Assembly (NCBI GenBank): GCA_977020255.1
Contig: CDROCS010002070.1
Location: 1-64,000, forward strand
DNA: 64,000 bases
Direction of reading: 5' to 3'
Origin: Obrimoposthia wandeli
Lineage: Eukaryota
Part shown: piece by piece, positions 10,956 to 20,349 of the stretch
Numbering within the stretch: position 1 is the stretch's first letter
Layout: every line of letters starts with the position of its first letter
Program-made: the position numbers and the translations under genes
Notes under the pieces: model-generated
Database searches by the model: none
What the model was told of the DNA's origin: nothing
What the model saw: the letters and a program-made list of their open reading frames with translations, nothing else

Positions 10956-12049
10956 TAAAAATAAGCTGGCAAGCACTGGTTATATCTTGCTGTTGTTACC
11001 AAGTTAGCGCGTACGCTCAGCCGGTGAATATGGAGTTAAAGTATTACAGTAAAGCCAGTCATTATCTTAGCCAAGGTAAGTATAAGTTGGCGGCGAATCA
11101 GTGGCATCAATTAAGCTTGGTATTTTTACGCTCTGAAGCTAAGTTAGGCAATCGTCATATGTGGCAATACGCAGGATTAGCTGAAGCGCTTGCTGCTATG
11201 TCTGCAGATAAAGCTAATGATGTTATCGCTTATCAGTATTGGGCGGATAGTGGTCGCTATTTAATGACGGGAGGGACGAATTGGCCTTTAGTGCAAAAAC
11301 AGTTGCATCAACGATTTGAAACCACCAATACGCAGTTATCTGCATTTATGCAGGTTAATGATCTTGCCGGCAATGACTCTGATAAATGGCAGCAAGAGTT
11401 GTCTATTTTACAGACTTGGAATGATAAATTGGCGGTTTTCACATTTAGCTCGCCTAAGCTCGGACTCAGTGGCAAGCGCAATGTTGTTGACGTTAACCAG
11501 CAGCAACCTATCGTTAATTATAAAGGCGTATTTCAACCAAATAAGAAATTGTCAGGCTTAGGGACTGCCACGTTTAGGGGCAATCAAATTACCCCTGTAG
11601 TGACTCCGAGTGAAGTCAAAGATCCTATCTCAGAAAATAACAGTGTTAAGACTAAGGCGAGTATTTCAAAGGTCGCTGAGTCAGGTTTATCACAACCCGT
11701 CGATACTAATACTATGAAGCTTAATACACCAAACTCTGACCCGACCGGTTCAGATATACCTGTCGCAGACTTATCGCTACCGATTGATATAAACGTGCCT
11801 GCCGTAGAGCATGATCCGCTCGTTGAGGTTAACGAGATAGAACCTAAAAGTAATGTTAAAGCGGTATTAAAACCGACGCCAAAGGTGGAGGTCGAGAAGG
11901 AGAGAAAAAAGGAGATAGGGAAGGAGATAGTGAAGGAGGCTAATCCTGTGCAGGACAACCCGCTTTTCAGAGGTAATATAGCCCCCATAAAAGATGAAAA
12001 TATTGAATATTTACAACGTCGTAGCTTTGATCCAGTAATTCAAGAATAA
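10952..12049 (+). CDS. Exported hypothetical protein: helical (TPR-like) N-domain and low-complexity Pro/Val/Glu/Lys tail
   Basis: ATGA overlap with upstream stop; signal-like ..VSAYA; long uninterrupted ORF. Confidence 0.6.
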   Translation: MIKISWQALVISCCCYQVSAYAQPVNMELKYYSKASHYLSQGKYKLAANQWHQLSLVFLRSEAKLGNRHMWQYAGLAEALAAMSADKANDVIAYQYWADSGRYLMTGGTNWPLVQKQLHQRFETTNTQLSAFMQVNDLAGNDSDKWQQELSILQTWNDKLAVFTFSSPKLGLSGKRNVVDVNQQQPIVNYKGVFQPNKKLSGLGTATFRGNQITPVVTPSEVKDPISENNSVKTKASISKVAESGLSQPVDTNTMKLNTPNSDPTGSDIPVADLSLPIDINVPAVEHDPLVEVNEIEPKSNVKAVLKPTPKVEVEKERKKEIGKEIVKEANPVQDNPLFRGNIAPIKDENIEYLQRRSFDPVIQE

Positions 12050-12152
12050 AGTCGATGCACTTCAAACTTTGACACTAACCTTGTGTCTGTTCGTTATCCA
12101 AATACTACCTTTATTATGAAACCCAAGGATCTATGATAATAAAGGATTAGCG

Positions 12153-13412
12153 ATGAAAACGTCACATGAACTAGTGCAACAAGTACTGCTAAATTCAAGC
12201 AACGAGTTTGATTTAACCGAAGCTTTACATCAAAAAAGTCTCTTGAGTTTAGCCAATACACTGTATTGTTTAAGAGATATCCCGACTACTTATTATCAAC
12301 AATTAGTAAGAGAGAACGATTGCCCGCTGGAGTTTCGTTTAGCGATTAAGCTGGTGGAATCTAAGCGCTATTTATTGACAGTATCTAAGCCTGTGACGGT
12401 TGGTGTCGTTTTTGCTATGTGGGGCGAACATCACCGTCTGTTACAAAAAAGTAGTGATAACCCTCATGGTGAAGACTCGCTAAATGTCAAAATTAATCAG
12501 CTCAATTGGATCACCAATGGTACGCCTGTAAGCTGGCATCTTTATCCTGTTGACGATGGTTGTCCGCATGCCAGTGCTAGTATTGCCAGCAGTATATTAG
12601 CTGACCATCCTGATAGAAACACTGTGTCAGTATTGCGCTTAGCGGATGTAGTCCCTGCAGCGACAGGACCCCTGCAAAATTTAAAACATGTGGATGATTC
12701 ACGCAAGGGCGGGGCGATTGTTTACGGTTGTCAGCGAGCGCTTGCTAATGACGTTGACTGTGTTGTTTATACCGACGCTGATAATTCAGTACATCTTGGC
12801 CAACTTGGATTGTTGTTAAAGCCATTCTTATCTGAAAATTATGACGTCATATTAGGTAATCGTAAGCACGCAGATTCGATCTTGGTCAAGCAGGAAGAGC
12901 GTTGGGGTGTTGGTATTAAAACCTTACGTCACATGCAGCGCATGATAGGTCAGCAGATATTTAGCCAAGGCATTAAAGATACGCAAGCTGCGTTCAAGCT
13001 TTATAGTCGTGATGTATTAACTCAGATTATGGCGTCGCCGACGGTATATGATTTCTCGTTCGATACCGATTGGATTTTAGCGGCAATGGAGCTGGAAGCA
13101 GAGATTATCACTGTACCATTCGCCTTTATCGACTCCGCGGCTGAATCAGCCTCAATTGTGCAAGGACCTATGACGACTTGGTTTACCTTGCTTGATGGTC
13201 TGATTAAAGCGGTAAGAGTGCGCAATGCAGTACACAATCAAGAGATGGCTGCTGTATTTGAGCAGCAAGTGTTATCGCATGAAGTACTTGAGAGGATAAT
13301 TGATACTTTACCACACGCTTTGGCTGACACGCCTGACTCTCAGTTGGGCGATCCTAATGTTATGTCACCAGCAGAAATTGAAGGGTGGCTAAAAGAGGTG
13401 CAAGCTGCTTAA
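12153..13412 (+). CDS. GT2 glycosyltransferase, polyprenol/dolichol-phosphate glucosyltransferase (ALG5)-like
   Basis: RKGGA, YTDADNS (DxD), DTQAAFKLY, FSFDTDW resemble ALG5-type motifs; AGGA RBS. Confidence 0.72.
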   Translation: MKTSHELVQQVLLNSSNEFDLTEALHQKSLLSLANTLYCLRDIPTTYYQQLVRENDCPLEFRLAIKLVESKRYLLTVSKPVTVGVVFAMWGEHHRLLQKSSDNPHGEDSLNVKINQLNWITNGTPVSWHLYPVDDGCPHASASIASSILADHPDRNTVSVLRLADVVPAATGPLQNLKHVDDSRKGGAIVYGCQRALANDVDCVVYTDADNSVHLGQLGLLLKPFLSENYDVILGNRKHADSILVKQEERWGVGIKTLRHMQRMIGQQIFSQGIKDTQAAFKLYSRDVLTQIMASPTVYDFSFDTDWILAAMELEAEIITVPFAFIDSAAESASIVQGPMTTWFTLLDGLIKAVRVRNAVHNQEMAAVFEQQVLSHEVLERIIDTLPHALADTPDSQLGDPNVMSPAEIEGWLKEVQAA

Positions 13413-13435
13413 CCCATGGTGATATGACTCAGATG

Positions 13436-13479
13436 AAAATCTCATACATGCTTTAGTTAAAAGGGCGTGTTGAGATTTT
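13436..13479. terminator. Long imperfect hairpin between convergent genes (possible bidirectional terminator)
   Basis: AAAATCTCA / TGAGATTTT arms plus inner G-U-containing pairing. Confidence 0.45.
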
Positions 13480-13869
13480 TTAGTTAATGTTCAATGCAAT
13501 CCTTTCGATCAGTTTTATTTCTCGATTAAATGCCACGGCAAGTAATTGATTATCAGGTTCCCAGCGAATCACTGATACAGGGATCACGTCGGTAAAATAA
13601 TTATCAAATTCCAAAATTAGATCCTCACCAATAGTGAATTTACCTTTGGTTGTTACTTTTGCAAGTAACCCTGATTCAGATATATTCTCAACTTCAATTG
13701 TAATCCTGAAAAAGTCAAAAATACCGAGTTTGTTCACATATAATACCGGGTGTTTCTTCCAATAATTAAATCTAGCGTGCTGGCGATTAAGTTTGAAAGA
13801 GAGATCTTTTTTGACACTAAACATCGTATATCCGTATGGTGATTTGAAGTTGTAAACTAGCCTCGACAT
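13480..13869 (-). CDS. Stand-alone PilZ-domain protein (c-di-GMP receptor-like)
   Basis: RQHAR (RxxxR) followed by NISESG ([D/N]xSxxG) and beta-rich C-terminus. Confidence 0.65.
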   Translation of the reverse strand: MSRLVYNFKSPYGYTMFSVKKDLSFKLNRQHARFNYWKKHPVLYVNKLGIFDFFRITIEVENISESGLLAKVTTKGKFTIGEDLILEFDNYFTDVIPVSVIRWEPDNQLLAVAFNREIKLIERIALNIN

Positions 13870-14073
13870 GTCAAGGTTATTCTGTTTGTTACTTATTAAT
13901 TTAGTTTAATAACAATGAAGTAGCAGAACAAACTTTAACTTATATTCGTTGATGTTAGGTTTGTGATCTTGATCTATACCGTGCGTAGTTTCATGTTTAT
14001 TATATCCATTTTGTATTCGGATGTTAACGCTGGTAGATATCATGCAGGTGTATTTAGCATTATCATTGGGTTA

Positions 14074-14217
14074 TGTGGTTTAATTCTATCGGACACTTCT
14101 AAAAGCATCTAAGTATAATGTTAATTAGAGGTGATCATGAATACTAAATTTAAACGTCCGAAATTTACAACTGAGTTCAAACAAGGCGCAGTAAAACTCG
14201 TTAATGAACAAGGATAG
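14074..14217 (+). mobile_element. IS3-family left-end remnant (IRL plus first 26 codons of OrfA)
   Basis: TG-initiated IR-like TGTGGTTTAATTCTATCGGACAC; GAGGTG RBS; ORF 14137..14217 MNTKFKRPKFTTEFKQGAVKLVNEQG* typical of the OrfA HTH start; no OrfB follows. Confidence 0.7.
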
Positions 14218-14423
14218 GGCCTCGCAATTGAAAATCATGAGCTACGTCTATTTTTCATGCGATTTATTACCTTGGAATGCCGAGCTAGAAGCCTGATGTC
14301 GCGTAACTGACAACAGAATTAGAACCACCTTGAAACCAAAGCTGGCTTAGCCTTGGGATTGAATTTCAAGCCTTCATGTCGTCAGCGTATAATGCATAAA
14401 AATAATAGAAATAAGGAAAAAAA

Positions 14424-15653
14424 ATGACATCTGAACTTCTAAAAGGTGGTAATTGCACATTATCACGCTCTAATGGTTTAATTTTAATTAAACATTCTTC
14501 ATCAAGCACAAGGGATATCAATCTAACCGCGTTTTTACTTGATGAAACCGGAAAAGTAAAAAATGACAATGGTATGGTATTTTTTAACCAACCTTGTGAT
14601 GTCGATAAGATCGCACAATTCATATCGCCAATAGAAAGTAACGGTGTTACTACACATCAGATCAACTTTTCTCTTAATTCTGCATCTGATATTGCTAAAA
14701 TAGCGGTCACCCTAACTGAAGATAACGGTATCGGTTTTGAAGGATTAAATCTAACGGCTGAAATTCATTGTGATGGTACTGTAACAAAACTAGCACCGCT
14801 GGCTTTTACTACAGAAAAAGGGATCATCATTTCTGAAATATACAGTCGAAACGGACAAACTAAAGCAAGAGCTGTTTGGCAAGGTTTTGCGACAGGACTT
14901 GCTGGATTGTGTTCGAATTATGGAATTGAAGTGGATGATGAAGTAAAACAAGCACCTAAAACAGTAGTAACACAGATAACTAAACCGGTAGCGAAAGTTA
15001 GTCCAGGTATAAGCTTAGAAAAAGTCAGTGGTAAAGTGGACCTATCTAAAGGTAGAAAGCCCATTCTTATTGAAAAAACTGCAGAAACAACAGTCTCAAT
15101 ATCATGGGACAGTAATACCGATTATGATGTGTATGCACTGGTCTATCTTACCAATGGAGAGCAAGTTGATATAGCAATGTTCGGCGCAAAAGGTGTACCA
15201 GTATTACAAAATTATAAAGGCGCTGTGCGTCATTTGGGTGATGAAGTCGGGACTAAACCAAAGAAGAAAGGATTTTTCCAAACCGCGATTAAAAATACAA
15301 TCTGCAAAGAAGAAATTAAGATCTGTTTGGATGACACGATTAAAGCAGTTGTTCCAGTTGCTTACTCTGCTCAATCCAATGGTTCAGGTTCATTTAATAA
15401 GTACAATGTGTCGATGTTAATTGATAATCATAATGGAACTGAAATTAGTATCTCAGCTAAAAATGCAAGTAAGAATAATAATATCTACACATGCGTTCCC
15501 GGTATCATCACTAATACCCCTGATGGTGTTATTATTGAGGCTCTAGAATCGTATAGCGCCCCAAATTCTGAAAATAGACCTAAGTTAGAAATGGGTGGTG
15601 ATGGTAATATAAAAGTACTAATGGATCGTGGTCCTAAAAATAATTACAAATAA
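14424..15653 (+). CDS. TerD-family stress protein with two TerD-like domains
   Basis: DINLTAFLLDETGKV..GMVFFNQ, IAKIAVTLT, second domain ISWDSNTDYDVYAL..HLGDE. Confidence 0.75.
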   Translation: MTSELLKGGNCTLSRSNGLILIKHSSSSTRDINLTAFLLDETGKVKNDNGMVFFNQPCDVDKIAQFISPIESNGVTTHQINFSLNSASDIAKIAVTLTEDNGIGFEGLNLTAEIHCDGTVTKLAPLAFTTEKGIIISEIYSRNGQTKARAVWQGFATGLAGLCSNYGIEVDDEVKQAPKTVVTQITKPVAKVSPGISLEKVSGKVDLSKGRKPILIEKTAETTVSISWDSNTDYDVYALVYLTNGEQVDIAMFGAKGVPVLQNYKGAVRHLGDEVGTKPKKKGFFQTAIKNTICKEEIKICLDDTIKAVVPVAYSAQSNGSGSFNKYNVSMLIDNHNGTEISISAKNASKNNNIYTCVPGIITNTPDGVIIEALESYSAPNSENRPKLEMGGDGNIKVLMDRGPKNNYK

Positions 15654-15717
15654 CGCGATGCGTACTCAGCTACAAAATTATAGCCAACTATTTCCGTCCG
15701 CTAAGCGGGCGTTAATC
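15648..15717 (+). other. attC-like (integron cassette) hairpin candidate
   Basis: Stop codon lies in AAATAAC; element ends GCTAAGCGGGCGTTAATC; TAACGC/GCGTTA complementarity; 70 bp; L boxes imperfect. Confidence 0.3.
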
Positions 15718-15959
15718 TCAATTTAGCCATACATTTCTGAAATGCGAATCGCATCCTTTAAGGCCCGATTTTTAAGCAACTAATGTCCAAAAACGAGTTA
15801 GCTAACTCACCATTATGTTTGTGAACAATTTACCCATTAAAGAATGTTCAGGTTTAACTGTTCATCAATCCAAGCTGATTACTAGGGTCTTTCTTAGTCG
15901 ATGTTAAAGACGCGCTAAATCGCTTGGGTTGAATCACAGGTGTTTTGCATCAGTCAGTA

Positions 15960-16496
15960 CTAAAAAGCAAATCTTACGCCTATACCAGCGATTGAAGAGT
16001 CCACATCGGTATCAAATACCAGGTATTCTGCATAAATATCAATTGTATCTAAAACATCGATACTGGCACCAATACCGCCGAACACCTCTTCGCCATCAGC
16101 ATCACTTTTTAATGAGCCTTTTTCAATATCAATATTAACAAAAGCGACACCTAATTTTGCATAAACCTCAAAAAATGGACCTATTGGTAAGTAACCAACA
16201 CCTGCTAGCGTAAAGGCTGATGCATCAATGTCATAATTAGTACTTGCTACAGTGCCACTATAACCACCAAGGTCGTAATAACCCAGTTCGGCAGCAACCA
16301 TAAAAACATTCGAGTCGATGAGGGTATATCCGACGAATAAACCAGGTACAACGTCGTCGTCATCGAAGCCACCTTCTTCTACATTGGCCTGATACACACC
16401 AGCACCAATATACAAACCATCTGCATGCGCCAGAGAAGGGCTGTTGGCCGCGAGGATAAAGGTGGTCATTGCTATTAATTGAGGGAATTTGTTCAT
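15960..16496 (-). CDS. Outer-membrane 8-stranded beta-barrel (OmpA-like/porin family)
   Basis: AGGAG RBS before ATG 16496; signal peptide; GLYIGAG, AELGYYDLG, C-terminal GIGVRFAF. Confidence 0.82.
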   Translation of the reverse strand: MNKFPQLIAMTTFILAANSPSLAHADGLYIGAGVYQANVEEGGFDDDDVVPGLFVGYTLIDSNVFMVAAELGYYDLGGYSGTVASTNYDIDASAFTLAGVGYLPIGPFFEVYAKLGVAFVNIDIEKGSLKSDADGEEVFGGIGASIDVLDTIDIYAEYLVFDTDVDSSIAGIGVRFAF

Positions 16497-16804
16497 GTAA
16501 GCTCCTGTCGATATATCGACTTTAATTACGTTAGTCTTCCAAAACCTCTTACAAGCATTACGTGTCGGTACTATTTTAATGACTCGAAATAAGCTATCTA
16601 CCGCCACATACATTACATAAAGCTAGACGCTATATTTATTTGCGCCAACTTTCCTTTCACTTCATTTTAGTGAAAAATGATGGATATAGATTATTTATAT
16701 GTGATTGAATAGGGGGGAGTAGGGTCAGGTATGACGGGATCATCATGCAGCTATTCGCATTACTTAGGGGGATTAAGATGCGTGGTTTAGACTGTGGACA
16801 GAAG

Positions 16805-16834
16805 AGTCCCCTTGCTAGGGGGACTTTTATTTTA
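16805..16834 (+). terminator. Intrinsic terminator-like hairpin
   Basis: AGTCCCC-TTGCTAG-GGGGACT followed by T tract on + strand. Confidence 0.55.
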
Positions 16835-16842
16835 ACTATTGA

Positions 16843-18198
16843 TTAATAAGAGATTTGCATCATTTTATGTAATCGTTCAAAGGCAATCGGGCTCGCTTTA
16901 AGTGTCATGCGGATACCGTCTTGAAGATATTCTTCATCTATTACCTGCATTTTACTGTGGATCTCACCCATGATGCCACTGGCAGTATAAGGGATTTGGA
17001 AACAAGCATTACACATGGTTTTTTCTAGTGCATTTTGAATTTCTCTATGCACTAACGCGACATCAGCTTTGTCACGTGAACTGATTAGTAGCGCGTCAGG
17101 GTATTTCTCTAACAATTCTAATTGCTGATCATCGCTTAAACAATCGACCTTATTCAACAATAATAGTTTGTTACTCAAATCGGTATTTAACTCATGTAAT
17201 ACATGGTTAACAACGGCTAGTTGAGAAGCGAAATTCTCGTCCGATGCATCCACCACATAAAGCAATAAATCCGCATTCTTTGCTTCTTCTAGCGTTGAAT
17301 GGAATGATGCGACCAAATCATGAGGTAATTTTTGGATAAAACCAACGGTGTCCGAGATTAAAATACGCGGTTGTGTCGGTGGAAGTAGGGTACGTACCGT
17401 CGTATCTAACGTAGCAAAGAGTTTATCTTCAACTAAAACTTCGCTGCCTGTTAGGGCGCGCATTAACGATGATTTACCTGCATTGGTATAACCCACTAAC
17501 GCGACAGTTAATTGTTCGATACGACCACTGCTTCGACCTTGCATTTCGCGTTGTAACTTGGTTAGCTCACGTCTTAGCTCGGCGATTTGAGTACGAACAC
17601 GGCGACGACTAATCTCAAACACCGTTTCACTGATTGAACGGCCTTTTTGACGCTCGCGATCGCCACTGCTTTCATCACGTAATCGCGGTGTTAAGTAATT
17701 AAGTCGCGCGATCTCTACTTGCAGCTTCGCGGTACGTGTACGTGCATGCTTACTAAAAATTTCGATAATAACGCGGGTACGATCGTAAACCTCAACCCCT
17801 AATGCCTCTTCAACATTACTTAATTGATTCGGGCTTAATTCACAGTCAAATACCACGACATTAGCTTGTCCTTTAATGCCGGGTGTTGTTAATAATTCGC
17901 TTAACTCGTCTTGGTCAAATTCGATCGGCGGTTCATCTTGTTCTGATGCCGTCGACTCACCTGTTAACGTTGCTAATTCTTCTAGTTTACCAGAGCCTAA
18001 TACGGACAGCTGTTTGGTCGATTTTTGTCGTTGCGTTTTAGTCCCTACCACAGTAAAGCCGAGCGTATTTACTAAACGGCCTAATTCAGATAGTGATTCG
18101 TCCACATCCTCTTGAGTAACACAAGGTGTGCGAATAGAAATTAGTAAAGCGCGGGTAACAGAGTTATCTGTTGTTGAAATCGACATGTAGGTGCTCAT
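16843..18198 (-). CDS. hflX: Ribosome-splitting GTPase HflX (not in the hfq-hflX-hflKC context)
   Basis: DRTRVIIEIF..HART..AKLQVEIARL, GYTNAGKSSL, LFATLDTTVR, DTVGF, NKVD. Confidence 0.92.
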   Translation of the reverse strand: MSTYMSISTTDNSVTRALLISIRTPCVTQEDVDESLSELGRLVNTLGFTVVGTKTQRQKSTKQLSVLGSGKLEELATLTGESTASEQDEPPIEFDQDELSELLTTPGIKGQANVVVFDCELSPNQLSNVEEALGVEVYDRTRVIIEIFSKHARTRTAKLQVEIARLNYLTPRLRDESSGDRERQKGRSISETVFEISRRRVRTQIAELRRELTKLQREMQGRSSGRIEQLTVALVGYTNAGKSSLMRALTGSEVLVEDKLFATLDTTVRTLLPPTQPRILISDTVGFIQKLPHDLVASFHSTLEEAKNADLLLYVVDASDENFASQLAVVNHVLHELNTDLSNKLLLLNKVDCLSDDQQLELLEKYPDALLISSRDKADVALVHREIQNALEKTMCNACFQIPYTASGIMGEIHSKMQVIDEEYLQDGIRMTLKASPIAFERLHKMMQISY

Positions 18199-18351
18199 TG
18201 CTTAAAGTCATATGGGGTGCATCCTACCTGTTTATGCTTTGCTTATATATGCTTTACTTCGATTTATAAAAAATTAGGCTTTATAAAATATTATTTTACT
18301 CTGACCTTGGTTTCTTGCTATAAATATACTTTGCTTACAGGAGTTAGCGTT

Positions 18352-18990
18352 ATGCATATTTTAAATTTTGAAGCTTTTTTGATCGCGATTACTATTTTAA
18401 CGTTAACACCGGGTCTAGATACTGCATTGGTGATCCGTAATAGTAGCCGTTCGGGATACATTGACGGCTGCGTGACCAGCCTCGGGATCTGTTCTGGGTT
18501 GTTTGTACACGCGATGTTTTCTGCGCTTGGGATCTCGGCTATTTTGCTACAATCGGCAGATCTGTTTCAAGTGGTGAAATGGATTGGCGCTGCTTATCTC
18601 ATCTGGTTAGGCCTTGGCAGTCTTCGCGCTATCTACAAAGGGAGTAATAAAGTAGCGATGCTCCAGGAAGATAACGGGGTATCTAGCTCTAGACGTTCAC
18701 TGCGTGAAGGTTTTCTTTCTAACGTGCTGAATCCTAAAACGGCCATTTTCTATCTCGCGTTCTTACCGCAATTTATTGATCTTAATTACTCACCCATTTT
18801 GCAGTCGTTTACGATGGCTAGCATCCACTTTTTAATCGCTATGATCTGGCAATGTAGTTTAGCGTTTGCCATTAACTCAGCTAAAAAATTATTTAAAAGT
18901 AGTGCCATGATGAATTGGATGGAAGGCGTGACGGGCGTGGTGCTCATTGCATTAGGCGCGAAGTTATTACTGTCGGATGACAAGCTTTAG
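18352..18990 (+). CDS. LysE/RhtB-family amino acid exporter
   Basis: LTPGLD, GAAYLIWLG, GFLSNVLNPK; CAGGAG RBS before ATG 18352. Confidence 0.9.
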   Translation: MHILNFEAFLIAITILTLTPGLDTALVIRNSSRSGYIDGCVTSLGICSGLFVHAMFSALGISAILLQSADLFQVVKWIGAAYLIWLGLGSLRAIYKGSNKVAMLQEDNGVSSSRRSLREGFLSNVLNPKTAIFYLAFLPQFIDLNYSPILQSFTMASIHFLIAMIWQCSLAFAINSAKKLFKSSAMMNWMEGVTGVVLIALGAKLLLSDDKL

Positions 18991-19008
18991 TGCTGTGATT
19001 GTTTAGTC

Positions 19009-19045
19009 AAATAGAGATTGCCCAGTTAAGTGGCAATCTCTATTT
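19009..19045. terminator. Intrinsic terminator
   Basis: 14-bp perfect stem AAATAGAGATTGCC / GGCAATCTCTATTT. Confidence 0.8.
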
Positions 19046-19426
19046 CAATTGTAAAACATCCTTGATTGAGACGTTTAAAGAAGTATATAAACACGACAGC
19101 CTTTAATCCCGCAATTACCTTCTAATTAAAATACCGCCATCAAAACGTTGCAATGAGTCGGACGTTATCTCAGATTAATCATATTTTAGCCGAGTACACA
19201 TATATTTTTTATCAACTCATATATTAAACAAGGGATTGGATCACTAATTACGTCTCAATTGTATCTATAACTTCACATTTATAATTAAAATAAAAGGTAA
19301 TTTAAAAAAAACAGAGGCGGTATAATAAATATTTAAACCACTCCTTTATAGTTAGTTCCGTTTAGTGATGTTTTATTTTTAATTAGTTAATTCATAAATA
19401 AAATGGACCTTGTCCAAGGAGTGAAT

Positions 19427-20347
19427 ATGAAAAAAAGCTTAATAATATTTATTATTTCTATATGTGCTGTTATTACACCTGTGTATGCAGGTGACAAAGC
19501 GGCAACTAAGTACCCCATTGTTTTTGTCCACGGCATTTTTGGTTTTAGCGATATATGGGGCGTCGATTATTTTTATGGTGTCCCCCAAGCGCTACGAAAT
19601 GAAGGGGCTAACGTTTATATTGCCAGTCTCTCTCCAGCCAACTCAACGGAGTTAAGAGGGGAGCAATTACGTATTTTTATCCAAGCCGTACTTGTTGATA
19701 GTGGTGCAGAAAAAGTAAATATTATTGGTCATAGTCATGGTGGTCCAACAGCTCGTTATGCTGCGAGTGTGAGTCCTGAACTTGTTGCTTCAGTTACATC
19801 TGTTGGCGGTGTTAATTGGGGGACTAAATTTGCCGATGTTATGCGAGGCGCTGTGAAAGTTGACTCCGTTACGGAAACATTGGTTAAAAAAGGCATGAAT
19901 ACTTTAGCTCATGTTATCACTGGTATTAGTGAAGGTGAGACGCTACCAGAAGACAGCTTACTTATGACTGAGTCATTAACGACTGCGGGGTCATTATTAT
20001 TCAACAGCGCTTATCCTGAAGGTATGCCAACAACTTATTGTGGTGATGCGGATACTGTTGGTAGTAATGGGGTTTATTATTACTCTTGGTCTGGCGCACA
20101 GCCTTTTACGCATGTCTCTGATCCTGTTGATTATGCGTTAGAGTTAACGAGTTTAGTTTTTGATGAAAAAAATGACGGTGTGGTTACTTCTTGTAGCTCT
20201 CACTTAGGGCAAGTTATTAAAGATGATTACTATATGAATCATATGGATGAGGTTAATCAAACGTTTGGTTTGACGAGTTGGTTTGAGACCGATCCGGTGA
20301 CCTTGTATCGTCAGCATGCAGAACGTTTAAAAATCGCTGGTTTATAG
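19427..20347 (+). CDS. lipA: Secreted triacylglycerol lipase (family I.1/I.2-like)
   Basis: Signal peptide, TKYPIVFVHG, GHSHG nucleophile elbow, NDGVV, NHMDEVNQ. Confidence 0.92.
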   Translation: MKKSLIIFIISICAVITPVYAGDKAATKYPIVFVHGIFGFSDIWGVDYFYGVPQALRNEGANVYIASLSPANSTELRGEQLRIFIQAVLVDSGAEKVNIIGHSHGGPTARYAASVSPELVASVTSVGGVNWGTKFADVMRGAVKVDSVTETLVKKGMNTLAHVITGISEGETLPEDSLLMTESLTTAGSLLFNSAYPEGMPTTYCGDADTVGSNGVYYYSWSGAQPFTHVSDPVDYALELTSLVFDEKNDGVVTSCSSHLGQVIKDDYYMNHMDEVNQTFGLTSWFETDPVTLYRQHAERLKIAGL

Positions 20348-20349
20348 AG

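Noticed and set aside
11584-11988. 134-aa minus-strand Ser/Thr/Gly-rich ORF
   Set aside because: Antisense to the low-complexity tail of 10952..12049
14218-14420. Possible integrase or second mobile-element fragment after the IS3 stub
   Set aside because: No recognisable motif in any frame that I could support
18217-18351. Long N-terminal extensions in the ORF track (LysE, also OMP 16613, DsbA 26328, ABC 44485, gltB 56188, kinase 63918)
   Set aside because: Downstream starts have clear RBS or coupling and match family N-termini
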